Positions 47,838 to 58,375 of a stretch of 64,000 nt of DNA are shown one piece after another. The stretch covers positions 1-64,000 of the IMG/VR virus record IMGVR_UViG_3300025122_006404. One strand, 5' to 3'. The translations under genes were made by a program, and so were the position numbers. Positions within the stretch are counted from its first letter, which is position 1. Every line of letters begins with the position of its first letter. This DNA is from a virus. Below the pieces are notes generated by a model, which ran no database searches, was not told the DNA's origin, and saw only the letters and a list, made by a program, of their open reading frames with translations.

Positions 47838-49370
47838 ATGCTATCTTGCTATAGTGAAATATTGTCGCCAGACGCTTCGTATTTTTTAGAAGCTCTTTTT
47901 TCGTGTTTTCAAGACGATCTTAAATCTCTGCTAGAAGCCAGACAAGAAAGGCAGAAAGAATATGATCTTGGTAAGCTTCCAGATTTTCTTGAAGAGACTG
48001 CCAGCATTAGAGATGATAGTGTTTGGAAAGTCTCTGAAATCCCTCACGAGCTCTTAAATAGAAGAGTAGAAATAACTGGTCCAACTGATAGAAAAATGGT
48101 GATAAATGCTCTTAATTCGGGAGCAAATGTTTTTATGGCAGATTTTGAAGATTCTCTTTCTCCTACTTGGAAAAACATCATAGAAGGTCAAAAAAATCTT
48201 AAAGATGCTGTTAACAGAACAATAGCATATGATCATCCTACTAAAGGAACCTATACACTAGACGATCAAACGTCTGTGTTGTTCGTTCGCCCTCGAGGCT
48301 TACACTTAAAAGAGAAAAATTTTGAAATTAATGATAGTTCGATTTCTGCTTCGCTTTTTGATTTTGGAATATTCATGTATCATAATGCAAATGAATTAGT
48401 GCAGCAGGGAACAGCTCCGTATTTTTATTTACCAAAGATTGAACACTACTTAGAAGCTAGATGGTGGAATAATGTTTTTAACTGGGCACAGGACTATCTA
48501 TCTATTCCAAGAGGTACGATTAGAGCAACAGTCTTAATCGAAACTTTGCCTGCAGCTTTTCAAATGGATGAAATTCTGTATGAGTTAAAAGACCATTCCG
48601 CCGGATTGAACTGCGGCAGGTGGGACTATATTTTTAGTTTTATTAAAACTATTAGAAATCATCCTGATAAAATTTTGCCTAACAGATCACAGGTTACGAT
48701 GATGTCTCATTGTATGAAGTCCTATAGAGATCTTCTCATACACACGTGTCACAAAAGAGGAATCCATGCCATGGGAGGGATGGCAGCACAAATACCAATT
48801 AGAGACAATCCAGAAGAAAATGAAAAAGCTTTACAAGCTGTGAGAGAAGACAAGATCAGAGAAGTGCTTGCAGGCCATGATGGAACATGGGTAGCTCATC
48901 CAGGATTGATTCAGGTCGCCAAAGAAGTGTTTGATGAAATGATGCCTCATTCTAATCAGATTGAATTTTTAACACCCAAAGTAAAAATTCAGAGCTCGGA
49001 CTTGCTAAAGACTCCTCAAGGAGAAATCACAGAAGAAGGTCTTCGAAATAACATTAATATCGGGATCAGATATGTTGAATCGTGGCTTCGGGGAAATGGA
49101 TGTGTTCCGCTTTATAATCTAATGGAAGATGCTGCCACAGCCGAAATTTCTAGAACTCAAGTGTGGCAGTGGATAAGACATGGTAAATTTACAGAGAAGG
49201 AATTTAAAAAAATATTAAGTGATGAGGTAAATAATATTAGAGTTCAAGTGGGAAATGTTGAGTTTATCAATGGGAGATTTGCTGAAGCAGTATCTCTATT
49301 TGAAAAGTTATCAGTAGGTGAAGAGTTAGAGAATTTCTTAACTCTAGCAGCATATAAAAACATTGCATAG
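47838..49370 (+). CDS. aceB: malate synthase A
   Basis: [52 protein letters not shown]. Confidence 0.97.
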   Translation: MLSCYSEILSPDASYFLEALFSCFQDDLKSLLEARQERQKEYDLGKLPDFLEETASIRDDSVWKVSEIPHELLNRRVEITGPTDRKMVINALNSGANVFMADFEDSLSPTWKNIIEGQKNLKDAVNRTIAYDHPTKGTYTLDDQTSVLFVRPRGLHLKEKNFEINDSSISASLFDFGIFMYHNANELVQQGTAPYFYLPKIEHYLEARWWNNVFNWAQDYLSIPRGTIRATVLIETLPAAFQMDEILYELKDHSAGLNCGRWDYIFSFIKTIRNHPDKILPNRSQVTMMSHCMKSYRDLLIHTCHKRGIHAMGGMAAQIPIRDNPEENEKALQAVREDKIREVLAGHDGTWVAHPGLIQVAKEVFDEMMPHSNQIEFLTPKVKIQSSDLLKTPQGEITEEGLRNNINIGIRYVESWLRGNGCVPLYNLMEDAATAEISRTQVWQWIRHGKFTEKEFKKILSDEVNNIRVQVGNVEFINGRFAEAVSLFEKLSVGEELENFLTLAAYKNIA

Positions 49371-49378
49371 GATTTAAA

Positions 49379-50623
49379 ATGATTAATGATAAAAGTGAAA
49401 GATGGAAAGGAACGAAAAGGGAGTGGACCCAAAGCGATGTGGATCGACTAAGGGGTAGTTTAAAAATAGAGTATTCTCTAGCACGACATGGTGCAGAAAA
49501 ATTGTGGAATTTATTACATAGTGACGATCCAGTGGCTGCACTGGGTGCATTAACTGGCAATCAAGCTGTTCAGCAAGCAAGAGCCGGCTTAAAAGCTGTT
49601 TACTTGTCTGGTTGGCAAGTTGCTGCCGATGCTAATCTTTCGGGACACATGTATCCAGATCAAAGTCTATATCCGGCCAATAGTGTTCCTCATGTTGTAA
49701 AGAGAATAAATCAAGCTCTTCAAAGAGCTGACCAAGTTGAGAGTGTGGAAGGAAAGATTACTCGAGACTGGATGATTCCTATCGTGGCAGATGCAGAAGC
49801 TGGATTTGGGGGTCCTTTGAACGCTTATGAGCTAATGAAAGGAATGATTGAGTCCGGTGCAGCCGGAGTTCACCTTGAAGATCAGCTCTCTTCAGAGAAA
49901 AAATGTGGCCATCTTGGAGGAAAAGTCTTAATTCCAACACAGCAATTTATAGTTACTCTTAAAGCTGCCAGGCTTGCTGCTGATGTCATGGGAGTACCTA
50001 CAATTTTAATTGCTCGGACAGATGCTAACAGCGCTAAGATGATGACTTCTGATATAGATCCCTATGACCATCCATTTATGACTGGAGAACGGACTCCAGA
50101 AGGATTCTATAGGATTACAGGAGGCATAGAATGTGCCATAGCTAGAGGATTAGCGTATGCACCCTATGCAGATCTATTGTGGTGTGAAACATCAACTCCT
50201 GATCTCGATGAAGCTCAAAGATTTGCTGATGCTATTCACGAGAAACATCCGGGAAAGCTACTTGCGTATAATTGTTCTCCGTCATTTAACTGGAGAAAGA
50301 ATCTAGATGATGACACAATTGGCAAATTTCGACACGAACTAAACCGGATGGGGTATAAGTTTCAATTTGTTACGCTAGCAGGCTTTCATTCTCTCAACTA
50401 CAGCATGTTTGATCTAGCTAGTGAATATGAGAAAAAAGGAATGACAGCTTACGTGTCTCTTCAACAGAGAGAATTCGGCGCCGAGGACAGAGGATATACA
50501 GCTACCCGTCACCAGAGAGAGGTGGGAACCGGGTACTTTGATAGCGTGAGTGGAGTGCTAAGTAAAGGGAAATCTTCTACTCTCGCACTCAGTGAGTCTA
50601 CAGAGAGCGATCAATTTGAATAA
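49379..50623 (+). CDS. aceA: isocitrate lyase
   Basis: [49 protein letters not shown]. Confidence 0.97.
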   Translation: MINDKSERWKGTKREWTQSDVDRLRGSLKIEYSLARHGAEKLWNLLHSDDPVAALGALTGNQAVQQARAGLKAVYLSGWQVAADANLSGHMYPDQSLYPANSVPHVVKRINQALQRADQVESVEGKITRDWMIPIVADAEAGFGGPLNAYELMKGMIESGAAGVHLEDQLSSEKKCGHLGGKVLIPTQQFIVTLKAARLAADVMGVPTILIARTDANSAKMMTSDIDPYDHPFMTGERTPEGFYRITGGIECAIARGLAYAPYADLLWCETSTPDLDEAQRFADAIHEKHPGKLLAYNCSPSFNWRKNLDDDTIGKFRHELNRMGYKFQFVTLAGFHSLNYSMFDLASEYEKKGMTAYVSLQQREFGAEDRGYTATRHQREVGTGYFDSVSGVLSKGKSSTLALSESTESDQFE

Positions 50624-50650
50624 TCATAAAGATTATGTAGATATGATGAG

Positions 50651-50657
50651 ATATTTA
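50651..50657 (+). promoter_or_regulatory. class II motif ATATTTA
   Basis: 10 nt upstream of ATG 50668. Confidence 0.55.
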
Positions 50658-50667
50658 TATCTGAGAA

Positions 50668-51549
50668 ATGAAGATCAAGATACGCCATCTAAGACAGATA
50701 ATTTCTGAGGAACTGGAGTCCAGAGAGAAAGAGGCTCAGGAAGAAGTGAACCTTCCAGTCAGTGAATTTAGCCCTCCTGAAAAAACATTCTATATCTACG
50801 TGGTTGATAAAGATGATGCTCTTTATGAGAGATTTTCTTCTCTATTTAAGGCAGATCTATTTGGACATGGATTTTTTATTAAAGGTTCCAATCTGATTGT
50901 CATCGACGGAGGAATAAAAGATGAGCCATGGTTTACTCGTGATCACATGAAGGCAATTGAGGCACACGAGGCAGCACACGGGATTGCGGGTCATGATCAG
51001 TATGGGATTCTAGAGCATGAAATTGAAGCTGATGAAATTGCAATTGAGCTTTTAAATGATAAAGGATACTCTAGAGCTGCGGAGCTTTTGGCTGCGAGAT
51101 TAGAAGACATGAGAGAGGAAGAGCCGACTCCTTTGCAGGAATCGATAGTTTTTAAAAATTTTAACATTCGATTACCCACTCAGAAAATCCAGTGTCTCGG
51201 AAAATCTATTGTTGTTGAAATTGCTCGAACACCTGAAACCAGGAAAGATGGACTAATGAATAGAATGCAATTAGAAGAAAATAGCGGGATGCTTTTTGTT
51301 TTTCCCACGACAGACAGGCAATCCTTTTGGATGGAAAACACCTATATTCCTCTCTCCATAGCATTCCTCAATGAAAACGGAAGGATCCTTAATATTGAGA
51401 ACATGAAGCCTTTTGACAAGGTAAATAAATGCTCACGCGGTGCAGCAAAGTTTGCTCTTGAAATGAATCAAGGGTGGTTTAAAAGAAACGGCGTGACGTC
51501 AGGTGACGTGATTGAAGAAATTTTAAATCTAGCTGAAGGAGTTAGGTGA
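50668..51549 (+). CDS. HExxH peptidase-like domain fused to DUF192 domain, with N-terminal LRQIISEE leader
   Basis: AHEAAH..EIEAD; VEIA.TP..R..GLM.R, GMLFVF, FWMENTYIPLSIAF, ALEMN. Confidence 0.8.
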   Translation: MKIKIRHLRQIISEELESREKEAQEEVNLPVSEFSPPEKTFYIYVVDKDDALYERFSSLFKADLFGHGFFIKGSNLIVIDGGIKDEPWFTRDHMKAIEAHEAAHGIAGHDQYGILEHEIEADEIAIELLNDKGYSRAAELLAARLEDMREEEPTPLQESIVFKNFNIRLPTQKIQCLGKSIVVEIARTPETRKDGLMNRMQLEENSGMLFVFPTTDRQSFWMENTYIPLSIAFLNENGRILNIENMKPFDKVNKCSRGAAKFALEMNQGWFKRNGVTSGDVIEEILNLAEGVR

Positions 51550-51821
51550 TGCTATTTTTTTTAATTGGGTGCGCCACCACATTAAGATTTCCGGTAAATT
51601 CTTTGCCTCCGGAGCCGTGCCTGGTGCAGGTTTTTATCGTGGAACAGTGGGATGACGAAGATCCAACATACACATGGAATCTCAGGTCTTCCCAGTGTCC
51701 ACATAAGCAATATCCTGTCTCTTACTGGAGAAAAGGAAGGTGGGAAACCAGTGAGTGGGGGATTTTTTGGAACTCCGGTGAGTGGATTGTTCCGCTTAGA
51801 AGGAACGGCATCCGGAGATGA
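51546..51821 (+). CDS. small lipoprotein with WxxGxW repeats
   Basis: LIG-C; YWRKGRW, FWNSGEW. Confidence 0.6.
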   Translation: MMLFFLIGCATTLRFPVNSLPPEPCLVQVFIVEQWDDEDPTYTWNLRSSQCPHKQYPVSYWRKGRWETSEWGIFWNSGEWIVPLRRNGIRR

Positions 51822-52156
51822 TAAAAATCTTTGAGGCGCTGAAATTTAAAATAAACAGCTCCCTGATGAAAAAAATCCTCCTCCATCCACAAAATTCCAA
51901 AAATACTCATGTATTTCTAAAAAATATCAAGGACCAGTCTGATGGCGATTTGGTATCTTTTCTTGACGAGCTTGAATTAAGAATAGAAATGTGGTTAAGG
52001 TTTTTAGGGGTTAAAAAAAATCATCTTGATGCCAATATAAAAAATCTCGATCACATAATTGATCATGTGAATTCATCTCGAGATCTCTCAGATCATGAAA
52101 AGAAAAGGGTCATCGATTTCATCAGCGTTGTCTCCGAAAAAATAAAAAATCTTTAA
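51818..52156 (+). CDS. hypothetical protein
   Basis: ATGA-coupled ORF. Confidence 0.6.
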   Translation: MIKIFEALKFKINSSLMKKILLHPQNSKNTHVFLKNIKDQSDGDLVSFLDELELRIEMWLRFLGVKKNHLDANIKNLDHIIDHVNSSRDLSDHEKKRVIDFISVVSEKIKNL

Positions 52157-52393
52157 AATCCCATGTTGTCATAATCAATCTAGCTAGATGTTTTAAAATA
52201 AACATAGGATTATATGAAAGTACATCTTCCGAGATTTCCTGGTCTTGCTTTTGTTTCTTTGTTGCTAGCAATTTGTCTCTGGGTATATGTCGTAATGGAA
52301 AAAGAAAAGATAAAAACACAAGAGCGAGATAGCTTTTCCTCTTCATCCCAGCAAAGAGATAGGTAAGCTGGATTAATTTATTATATTGAAGGT

Positions 52394-52400
52394 ATATTTA
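52394..52400 (+). promoter_or_regulatory. class II motif ATATTTA
   Basis: upstream of GAGGT and ATG 52416. Confidence 0.55.
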
Positions 52401-52415
52401 TACTTGAGGTAAGAG

Positions 52416-52730
52416 ATGAAGCTCACTGAGTCTCAGATTAGAAGAATCGTCCAGCAAGAGATAAAAAGAATTTTTGAACTGGAACGCTATGTTGGTAAGA
52501 CAGTCGATGAGATTGTTAAGTCTCCCTCACCTCCCCAGGCTTTTCCGGGTGTCGTAGGTGCACCTGTTGCAGAGAAAAGACCCTGCACCACCATTAACGC
52601 TGAGATCTCGAGCACGGAAGCACAGATTGCAGCTCTGACGAGCTCTAACGCGGATCAAGCTAAAAAACCTGCCCTACAACAAGCTCTCGATGATCTTAAA
52701 AGCGAACAGCAAACCTGTTCGGGCGACTAG
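52416..52730 (+). CDS. hypothetical protein with MKLTESQIRRIVQQEI leader
   Basis: clearest copy of the LRxxIxE motif. Confidence 0.7.
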   Translation: MKLTESQIRRIVQQEIKRIFELERYVGKTVDEIVKSPSPPQAFPGVVGAPVAEKRPCTTINAEISSTEAQIAALTSSNADQAKKPALQQALDDLKSEQQTCSGD

Positions 52731-52755
52731 ATAATTTTACGAGAAAGAGCATTTC

Positions 52756-53001
52756 ATGATATTTATGAATAGCATGGATCTTAGCATGTTAAAATTCAAA
52801 CCAGGTGATTTACTTAGGGTGAAATTTTCGATGGGTCAGATTGAATCCTGTTTGACTCCCTCTATTCTAGTGCTTGAGATCCGAGATAGATTAGACTTGC
52901 TAGCTCACGTAAGTGTTCCCCACTACGTGATTTTTGACAAAGGCGGTGTAAGTGAAATAAGTGCCAGCATCTCTCACAGTCTAATGGAAAAAATTGTCTA
53001 A
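52756..53001 (+). CDS. GDL family small KOW/SH3-like protein
   Basis: KFKPGDLLRVK; start uncertain. Confidence 0.6.
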   Translation: MIFMNSMDLSMLKFKPGDLLRVKFSMGQIESCLTPSILVLEIRDRLDLLAHVSVPHYVIFDKGGVSEISASISHSLMEKIV

Positions 53002-53337
53002 ATGATGTATTGGCTTTTAGTATTTTTGAGCGCCTGTTCTCTCAAGCTAAATATTGCAGGTAAGAATTTTATCGCTAGTGAGAGTCTCTGCATTGACGGA
53101 GCGATGGTAAATATCGATGCAGCGGGATGTGAGTCTCTTTACTTTGGTGTTATTCCTCGAGATAACACCGTAAAAATTCGGTGCACATATTCTCCTAAAG
53201 AGAATTACTGGACGCAGTCCAGTTTTTATGCCACACCAAAAGATGCACAGACTTTAAATTTTTGGACCCTGATCTGTATTGATCCTCTCGTAAATCTATA
53301 TGCGGTCTCACCGCCTATTAGATTAAAAAATGAGTAG
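53002..53337 (+). CDS. small lipoprotein
   Basis: LSA-C lipobox, four further Cys. Confidence 0.65.
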   Translation: MMYWLLVFLSACSLKLNIAGKNFIASESLCIDGAMVNIDAAGCESLYFGVIPRDNTVKIRCTYSPKENYWTQSSFYATPKDAQTLNFWTLICIDPLVNLYAVSPPIRLKNE

Positions 53338-53404
53338 CTCGGTGATATAGTATTAAGGTCGTCTTTCTATTTTATAGAGAAGGTATAATTCTTAGGAGAA
53401 TAAA

Positions 53405-53632
53405 ATGACTGAACATAAATTTATCGGGTGGCTGCAGAAATATCTTGATCACAATTATGATAAAGTGCTCAATGAAAGGCAAGTCAACCTAATTAGAAGA
53501 ACTTTACTCACAGTCCGTGAGACTGATACTGATGATATCTTGGATAAAAAACCGATTGATCGTGCGATTGAAGGGCTCGAAGAAGAGTACGAAGATGAAA
53601 TTGAACTTTATGAGACTTTCGGCGGGGACTAG
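53405..53632 (+). CDS. hypothetical protein
   Basis: AGGAG RBS after TATAAT. Confidence 0.65.
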   Translation: MTEHKFIGWLQKYLDHNYDKVLNERQVNLIRRTLLTVRETDTDDILDKKPIDRAIEGLEEEYEDEIELYETFGGD

Positions 53633-53715
53633 CAGGATCGAGTTCTCAGACAATGACTATAAGCAATATAACTTTATAGATCCTAAATATTACTATAACG
53701 GAATACTAAAGATTC

Positions 53716-54570
53716 GTGAACTCTAATTTTTCATCATTGCGTCAATTTGTGAGCGAGGTTCTAAGAGAATCTAAGTATTCTGGAATGTCGATAGAGGATA
53801 TTCTCTCCTATTTTGAGGGTTTTGGAAACAATACATGGATATTTTTTGACACAGAGACAACCGGATTGCCAAAAACTGTACATACAGGACAGATAACAGA
53901 GATAGCAGCAGTTGCTATAAATCCTAAAAACTGGAACGACGAGGCTGAGGTCCTGGGCAAGTTTAATGAGAAGATAGTATTAAACCCCCAGACGATTGCA
54001 ACCATCGAGAAACAGAAAACAGATGCAGAAAAAAAATCAAGGTCGAGTCGGGAGTGGACCATAGAAAAAGCTCTCGATGTCACAAGATATCATGAGTGGG
54101 ATAGAGACTATAAAGACGAACAGGAAGTAATCAAAGGATTTATAGAGTTTGTTCAGTCATTTCCAGGTCCAGTTCTTGTCGCACAAAATGCTTCATTCGA
54201 TATGAAGTGGATTTTTGCAAGATCACAAATGGAAATGAACAGGTATCCCATAATAGATACAATGAGAATTATGCAGCTCTTTCTCATACCACTTCTTAGA
54301 ACCCTTAGAGATCCACCTTACGATGATTCTGAGGCTGCTGAATTTTTATCAAAAATTAAGCGAGGGAGAAGGTATAGTGCATCTCAAGGAGTAGTGGCCG
54401 GTGCGTATGGTATATCCACTGATGACTGGCACAGCGCGCTAGCAGACGTTAAAATGTTAATGAGCATGCTAGAGCATGTTGTCAAGACCCTGCGTGGGGG
54501 AAGAGATATCGATATAAGCAAGCAACATGGCAGTGCTGCATCCTATTTTTCCCGGCAGAAGAAAAGATAA
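53716..54570 (+). CDS. DEDDh 3'-5' exonuclease (DnaQ-like) with LRQFVSEVLRE leader
   Basis: FFDTETTG, AQNASFD, IDT, WHSALADV. Confidence 0.88.
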   Translation: MNSNFSSLRQFVSEVLRESKYSGMSIEDILSYFEGFGNNTWIFFDTETTGLPKTVHTGQITEIAAVAINPKNWNDEAEVLGKFNEKIVLNPQTIATIEKQKTDAEKKSRSSREWTIEKALDVTRYHEWDRDYKDEQEVIKGFIEFVQSFPGPVLVAQNASFDMKWIFARSQMEMNRYPIIDTMRIMQLFLIPLLRTLRDPPYDDSEAAEFLSKIKRGRRYSASQGVVAGAYGISTDDWHSALADVKMLMSMLEHVVKTLRGGRDIDISKQHGSAASYFSRQKKR

Positions 54571-54593
54571 ACAATAATATCTGAGGAGACTTT

Positions 54594-54788
54594 ATGAAAA
54601 AATTTGTAGACTCATGCCACCACCTGATAGATTCTCTTTTTTTGGGATCATATAGATTGATGTGGTGGGGGGTGTTTGGTTTGATCTGGATGGATGGAAT
54701 CATATGTGGGATCTGGCTTCTTCCTTTAATTTTAGAAGCTTTCGGTGTTACTCCTGATCCCGCTTATTTTCCACTACCTCCCTTGTAA
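54594..54788 (+). CDS. small membrane protein
   Basis: GAGGAG RBS, hydrophobic core. Confidence 0.55.
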   Translation: MKKFVDSCHHLIDSLFLGSYRLMWWGVFGLIWMDGIICGIWLLPLILEAFGVTPDPAYFPLPPL

Positions 54789-54811
54789 AATTTAAAATAA
54801 GGAGATAAAAT
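54783..54811 (+). promoter_or_regulatory. class I promoter TTGTAA-N17-TAAAAT
   Basis: conserved motif and spacing. Confidence 0.6.
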
Positions 54812-54835
54812 AAGTAAAAAGGAAATATAGATGGC

Positions 54836-55639
54836 ATGTCGTATTTAGGATTAGTTAGAAGTATTTGTAGAGATTACTTGCCTCAAGTAACAGCCGCTCC
54901 TGCTATTTTAGAAATTGGCGTAGATAAAGGACAATCTATGCTTCCCATTGTTCAAAATGTGGCGTACAAATTTGATAATTTTGTATGTATGGGTATTGAT
55001 ATTTTAATACAGCTTGATCTAGTAGAGCAGATTAGTCAATTTGAAAATGTCTCTATCTATGGGCTAGATGATTTAACAGGTCGTGATGTCATCTTGATTC
55101 AAGAAAATAGCTTATCGTGGCTCTCCCGTCATGTAAGTGTGGCTACTTCGAATTCACCATATGCAACGAAGTTTGATTTAGTTTTTATAGATGGTGATCA
55201 CAATTATCACACAGTTTTAAATGAGTTGAAGCTAGTTCAGAATTTTCTTAAACCTACGTCACTTATCATTTGCGATGATTATGGTGGGCGATGGTCTGAA
55301 AAAGATCTTTTTTATTCTGAAAGAGAAGAATATAAATCAGTTGACATAGCTACACCGAGACAAGAAAGTGAAAAACAGGGAGTTAAGCCCGCCATAGATG
55401 ATTTTATCGCTTCTTCACTGTGGGAAGGGAAGTCTTATAATGACATGGCGGCAATTATACTTTATCGCGAAGATGTCTGGCAGCCCATCCACCGCATCTC
55501 ACCACCCGGAACGCTATTGCGAGACTGCAAATTTAAAGTTGAGCGGCTGGAGAGATCGAATCACTCAATGCCAGACTCCCCGGTTTTAAGGAATACTAGG
55601 TCTTTTCCATCTCCAGTTGTAAAATTTAAAAGCCTATAG
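54836..55639 (+). CDS. class I SAM-dependent methyltransferase (Methyltransf_24-like)
   Basis: ILEIGVDKG, FDLVFIDGDH, ICDDY, GVK.AID.F. Confidence 0.85.
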   Translation: MSYLGLVRSICRDYLPQVTAAPAILEIGVDKGQSMLPIVQNVAYKFDNFVCMGIDILIQLDLVEQISQFENVSIYGLDDLTGRDVILIQENSLSWLSRHVSVATSNSPYATKFDLVFIDGDHNYHTVLNELKLVQNFLKPTSLIICDDYGGRWSEKDLFYSEREEYKSVDIATPRQESEKQGVKPAIDDFIASSLWEGKSYNDMAAIILYREDVWQPIHRISPPGTLLRDCKFKVERLERSNHSMPDSPVLRNTRSFPSPVVKFKSL

Positions 55640-55645
55640 TAAAAT
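55617..55645 (+). promoter_or_regulatory. class I promoter TTGTAA-N17-TAAAAT
   Basis: shares TTGTAAAATTTAAAA with the 54783 copy. Confidence 0.6.
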
Positions 55646-55655
55646 TTAAATAGGA

Positions 55656-55859
55656 ATGGAAGACTTTGAAATCGGACAGCGTATTTGGTGCGTAACTGTC
55701 AACGGTAAGATCATTAAAGGAAAAATCCTCGATTTCTATCCTAATGATGACCAGGGTCCAGCTGTGAGCTTGATTGATGAAAGTACCGGATCTTTCCGAG
55801 TAGTTCTATTAGAGACATGTTCACTAACTCGAATTTCTAAGTCGAGAAAGAAAAAATAA
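55656..55859 (+). CDS. small KOW/SH3-like protein
   Basis: FEIGQRIWC..KGKIL. Confidence 0.6.
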   Translation: MEDFEIGQRIWCVTVNGKIIKGKILDFYPNDDQGPAVSLIDESTGSFRVVLLETCSLTRISKSRKKK

Positions 55860-55860
55860 A

Positions 55861-56430
55861 ATGAATCATATATGGAAATTTGATGAATGGAAAGATCTTG
55901 AGCTTCATTCTGTTAAAGATAAGATTTTAAATATAAGTGCTAATTCACTGAGGCTCGGTGATCTTACAGTTAGAGACCTCTGCTTATTGGCATCCTCTAA
56001 TAAAACTCCCGTTGGTCTTTACGTTTTTTCTGACACCCGTGAGGTTCTTTATGCTGGAAAAACCCATGGAAGGTCTCTCCATGAAAGGATGATAAGTCAT
56101 ATTGATCACAGAGATCCTATTGCTGGATCTCCACATCTTGCTCGGTTAGCACAGTCATTAGTTAAATTAGGAGATGCTCTTTCGGGGTCGGAAGCTGTTG
56201 AAAGAATTCTTGATATGAAAACAATATGGCTGCCTATTCCTTCCAGTGTGTGCTCTCATGGGAATCATAAAAAATTTATTGCAATGGTTGAAAGACGTTT
56301 ATTGTGGCACGGATGTCTTGATCCTAAATACAATTCTCCTCGAGTAAAAAGAAACGATACATTTTCTATTAAAGGAAGGAGATATGATCTGACTCCAGAG
56401 ACAGCTTTAGGATCTGTATCTTTAATTTAA
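55861..56430 (+). CDS. GIY-YIG nuclease family protein
   Basis: GLYVF..LYAGKT..SLHERM..H, ERRL, PKYN. Confidence 0.75.
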   Translation: MNHIWKFDEWKDLELHSVKDKILNISANSLRLGDLTVRDLCLLASSNKTPVGLYVFSDTREVLYAGKTHGRSLHERMISHIDHRDPIAGSPHLARLAQSLVKLGDALSGSEAVERILDMKTIWLPIPSSVCSHGNHKKFIAMVERRLLWHGCLDPKYNSPRVKRNDTFSIKGRRYDLTPETALGSVSLI

Positions 56431-56618
56431 AATCAGAAGTTTCTTTAAAGACAGGAGATCTCGTTTCTCTTACTAATAACGAAGTGATAGGATTGGTAGT
56501 CTATAAACATCCTACAAAGGAAGTTGCCCAAATACTCTGGTCTAATTTGAATTCTACTTGGGAACCTTGTAAAAAGGTTAAACTGATAGCAAGACTTAAA
56601 GCAGATGTATCGACTTAA
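56430..56618 (+). pseudogene. GDLV family reading frame with no ATG/GTG/TTG upstream of the motif
   Basis: LKTGDLVSL..IGLVV..QILWSN..TWEP; in-frame TGA at 56385. Confidence 0.5.
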
Positions 56619-56621
56619 TTC

Positions 56622-56650
56622 ATGTAAATTTTAAGAAATTGAGATAAAAT
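56622..56650 (+). promoter_or_regulatory. class I promoter ATGTAA-N17-TAAAAT
   Basis: 6 nt upstream of ATG 56657. Confidence 0.65.
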
Positions 56651-56656
56651 TAAATC

Positions 56657-56902
56657 ATGGATAATTGCTTTATTGGAGATCTTGTCGAGTTTATTCACTA
56701 TGCAGATTTTTGGGATGCATCAATGATTGAATGTGAATCACCGCCAAGTGATCCAAATGCATTGATTACAGTAGGAAAAAATGAAAAAGGTGTTGTAACC
56801 CAGTCATTCGGGGATGATTTCTATGAGGTGTTTACCCGAGGAAAAAGAATCCTCGTTAAGGGTGAAGAGATTCAAGTTTTAGCTGGCAGCAGTGAGGTAT
56901 AA
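56657..56902 (+). CDS. GDLV family small protein
   Basis: FIGDLVEF..KGVVT..YEVF..EIQVL. Confidence 0.7.
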   Translation: MDNCFIGDLVEFIHYADFWDASMIECESPPSDPNALITVGKNEKGVVTQSFGDDFYEVFTRGKRILVKGEEIQVLAGSSEV

Positions 56903-56905
56903 ATA

Positions 56906-57208
56906 ATGCCCAGGTATAAAGCAGGAGATATTGTACTTTATGAGACTTTTGCTGGAATCAATATTCATGCAAAAGTAATCAGAAAAACGAAAGATAACGA
57001 ACCGGGTCATCCAGGATTTGATTTCAAGCTAACAGAGAGATCGGATGCAGAAATGCTCAAAAGAGCTAGTGTACCGGTTGATCTTGATAACTTTAAGGAA
57101 GAGATTAGTTTTGGGTACGACTGGAAAATAAAAAAAGTAATTGAGAGGGCTCCGAGAAAAAACTCTAAAGGAAAAAGGCGTAGAATAGTTAGGAATTCTA
57201 AAAAGTGA
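56906..57208 (+). CDS. GD family small protein with basic tail
   Basis: YKAGDIVLY; GAGGT RBS. Confidence 0.68.
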   Translation: MPRYKAGDIVLYETFAGINIHAKVIRKTKDNEPGHPGFDFKLTERSDAEMLKRASVPVDLDNFKEEISFGYDWKIKKVIERAPRKNSKGKRRRIVRNSKK

Positions 57209-57402
57209 GAATTAGAATCGGAGATCTTGTAATCCATGTTAACGGAAGAATATGCTTGGTGATTGAGATAGATGAATATAATAACAGCGCCAGCTTTTTA
57301 TCTTCGGGCGGAGAGATTAGTGAAATATCTCTAGGCTTAGCAGAAGTATCTTTTAGAATCCTTGAGCCGAAACCTTATGTTCCCATAGAGTGCTTCAATT
57401 AG
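57205..57402 (+). CDS. GDLV family small protein
   Basis: IRIGDLVIH..CLVIE. Confidence 0.65.
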   Translation: MRIRIGDLVIHVNGRICLVIEIDEYNNSASFLSSGGEISEISLGLAEVSFRILEPKPYVPIECFN

Positions 57403-57490
57403 GGATGTTACCGGGATCTAGAAGAAGTTTTTTATTTTATATTGAATAAATTAGCCCTCTCATGCTTATAATATATTAGGAGTTAATAAA

Positions 57491-57841
57491 ATGATTATTA
57501 CGTTTATGCTAGCATCGCTTCTTGGATGCACTGCTCATGCTCATGTGTCGGGACCCCCGCCATCTGTTGCTACCTCAACTGTTAGCGTGTCAAGCAGTTG
57601 GACATGGGTACCGGGTCACTGGACCTATTTGAAGGTCGGATCCCGATCTCATACTGTCTACCGTCAACACAAATGGATTTCAGGCTACTGGACTCACGCG
57701 CAGCGAGGAAAGTCTTATAGAACTCGAGATCAAGGCCCACCGCCACCGAGAGCCCATGCTGGAGCTCGATGGATCCCGGGACACTGGCAAGGCCACGGAC
57801 ATCACCGACGCTGGGTAGACGGTCGATGGGTCCGGCGCTAG
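57491..57841 (+). CDS. lipoprotein with YXWGXW-type (WxxGxW) repeats
   Basis: LLG-C; WVPGHW, WISGYW, WIPGHW, WVDGRW. Confidence 0.8.
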   Translation: MIITFMLASLLGCTAHAHVSGPPPSVATSTVSVSSSWTWVPGHWTYLKVGSRSHTVYRQHKWISGYWTHAQRGKSYRTRDQGPPPPRAHAGARWIPGHWQGHGHHRRWVDGRWVRR

Positions 57842-57880
57842 TATTCTTTAATATTTTCTAGGAAATTAGAGGAGAATCGC

Positions 57881-58072
57881 ATAGATATCCTTGTGAAAAA
57901 TAAGGACGACAAGTGCTATGTGGTGGACGAGAAGGAAAATATAATAAATGTTTTTTTCCAAAAAGAAGACTTAATCAATTATTTAGCTGAGATTAAGCTA
58001 GAATATTCGGAAAAATATAGAGCCTTTATTAGAATAGATCCTTCTGCCAAGCGGGAAAAAATATCTAAATAA
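57881..58072 (+). CDS. hypothetical protein (ATA start after GAGGAG, or GTG 57893)
   Basis: open frame filling the intergenic gap. Confidence 0.5.
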   Translation: MDILVKNKDDKCYVVDEKENIINVFFQKEDLINYLAEIKLEYSEKYRAFIRIDPSAKREKISK

Positions 58073-58114
58073 AAAATATACAGTCACATTTTTTAATTTA
58101 GGATAACTAACTTC

Positions 58115-58142
58115 AGGGAGATGCTTGTCATCTCTCTTTTTT
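58115..58142 (+). terminator. intrinsic terminator-like hairpin
   Basis: AGGGAGATG-cttgt-CATCTCTCT followed by T-run. Confidence 0.6.
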
Positions 58143-58156
58143 ACTTTGGAGAATAT

Positions 58157-58375
58157 ATGAAAAATATCGGAATATCAGTATTGCTACTCATTGGAATTAT
58201 TGATAGCGTTGAAGAAGATTTTGCAGTAACAGAGATAACCATGAGCGGTGAAGAAATTTTAACAGTTGAACTACCTCTTATCTTTTTTCCGTGTGAGATA
58301 AAAGAGGGAGACCTGTTTCATTTCGAATACTCAGACGGTGTATCTGAGATAAGGTGCGGTGAACCTGACGCTTAG
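58157..58375 (+). CDS. DUF3006-like small protein
   Basis: GIIDSVEEDFAVTE..LP...P..IKEGD; GGAG RBS before ATG 58157. Confidence 0.6.
   Translation: MKNIGISVLLLIGIIDSVEEDFAVTEITMSGEEILTVELPLIFFPCEIKEGDLFHFEYSDGVSEIRCGEPDA

Noticed and set aside
52122-52346. Minus-strand 74-aa ORF
   Set aside because: It fills an intergenic gap but has no RBS or motif support; left uncalled
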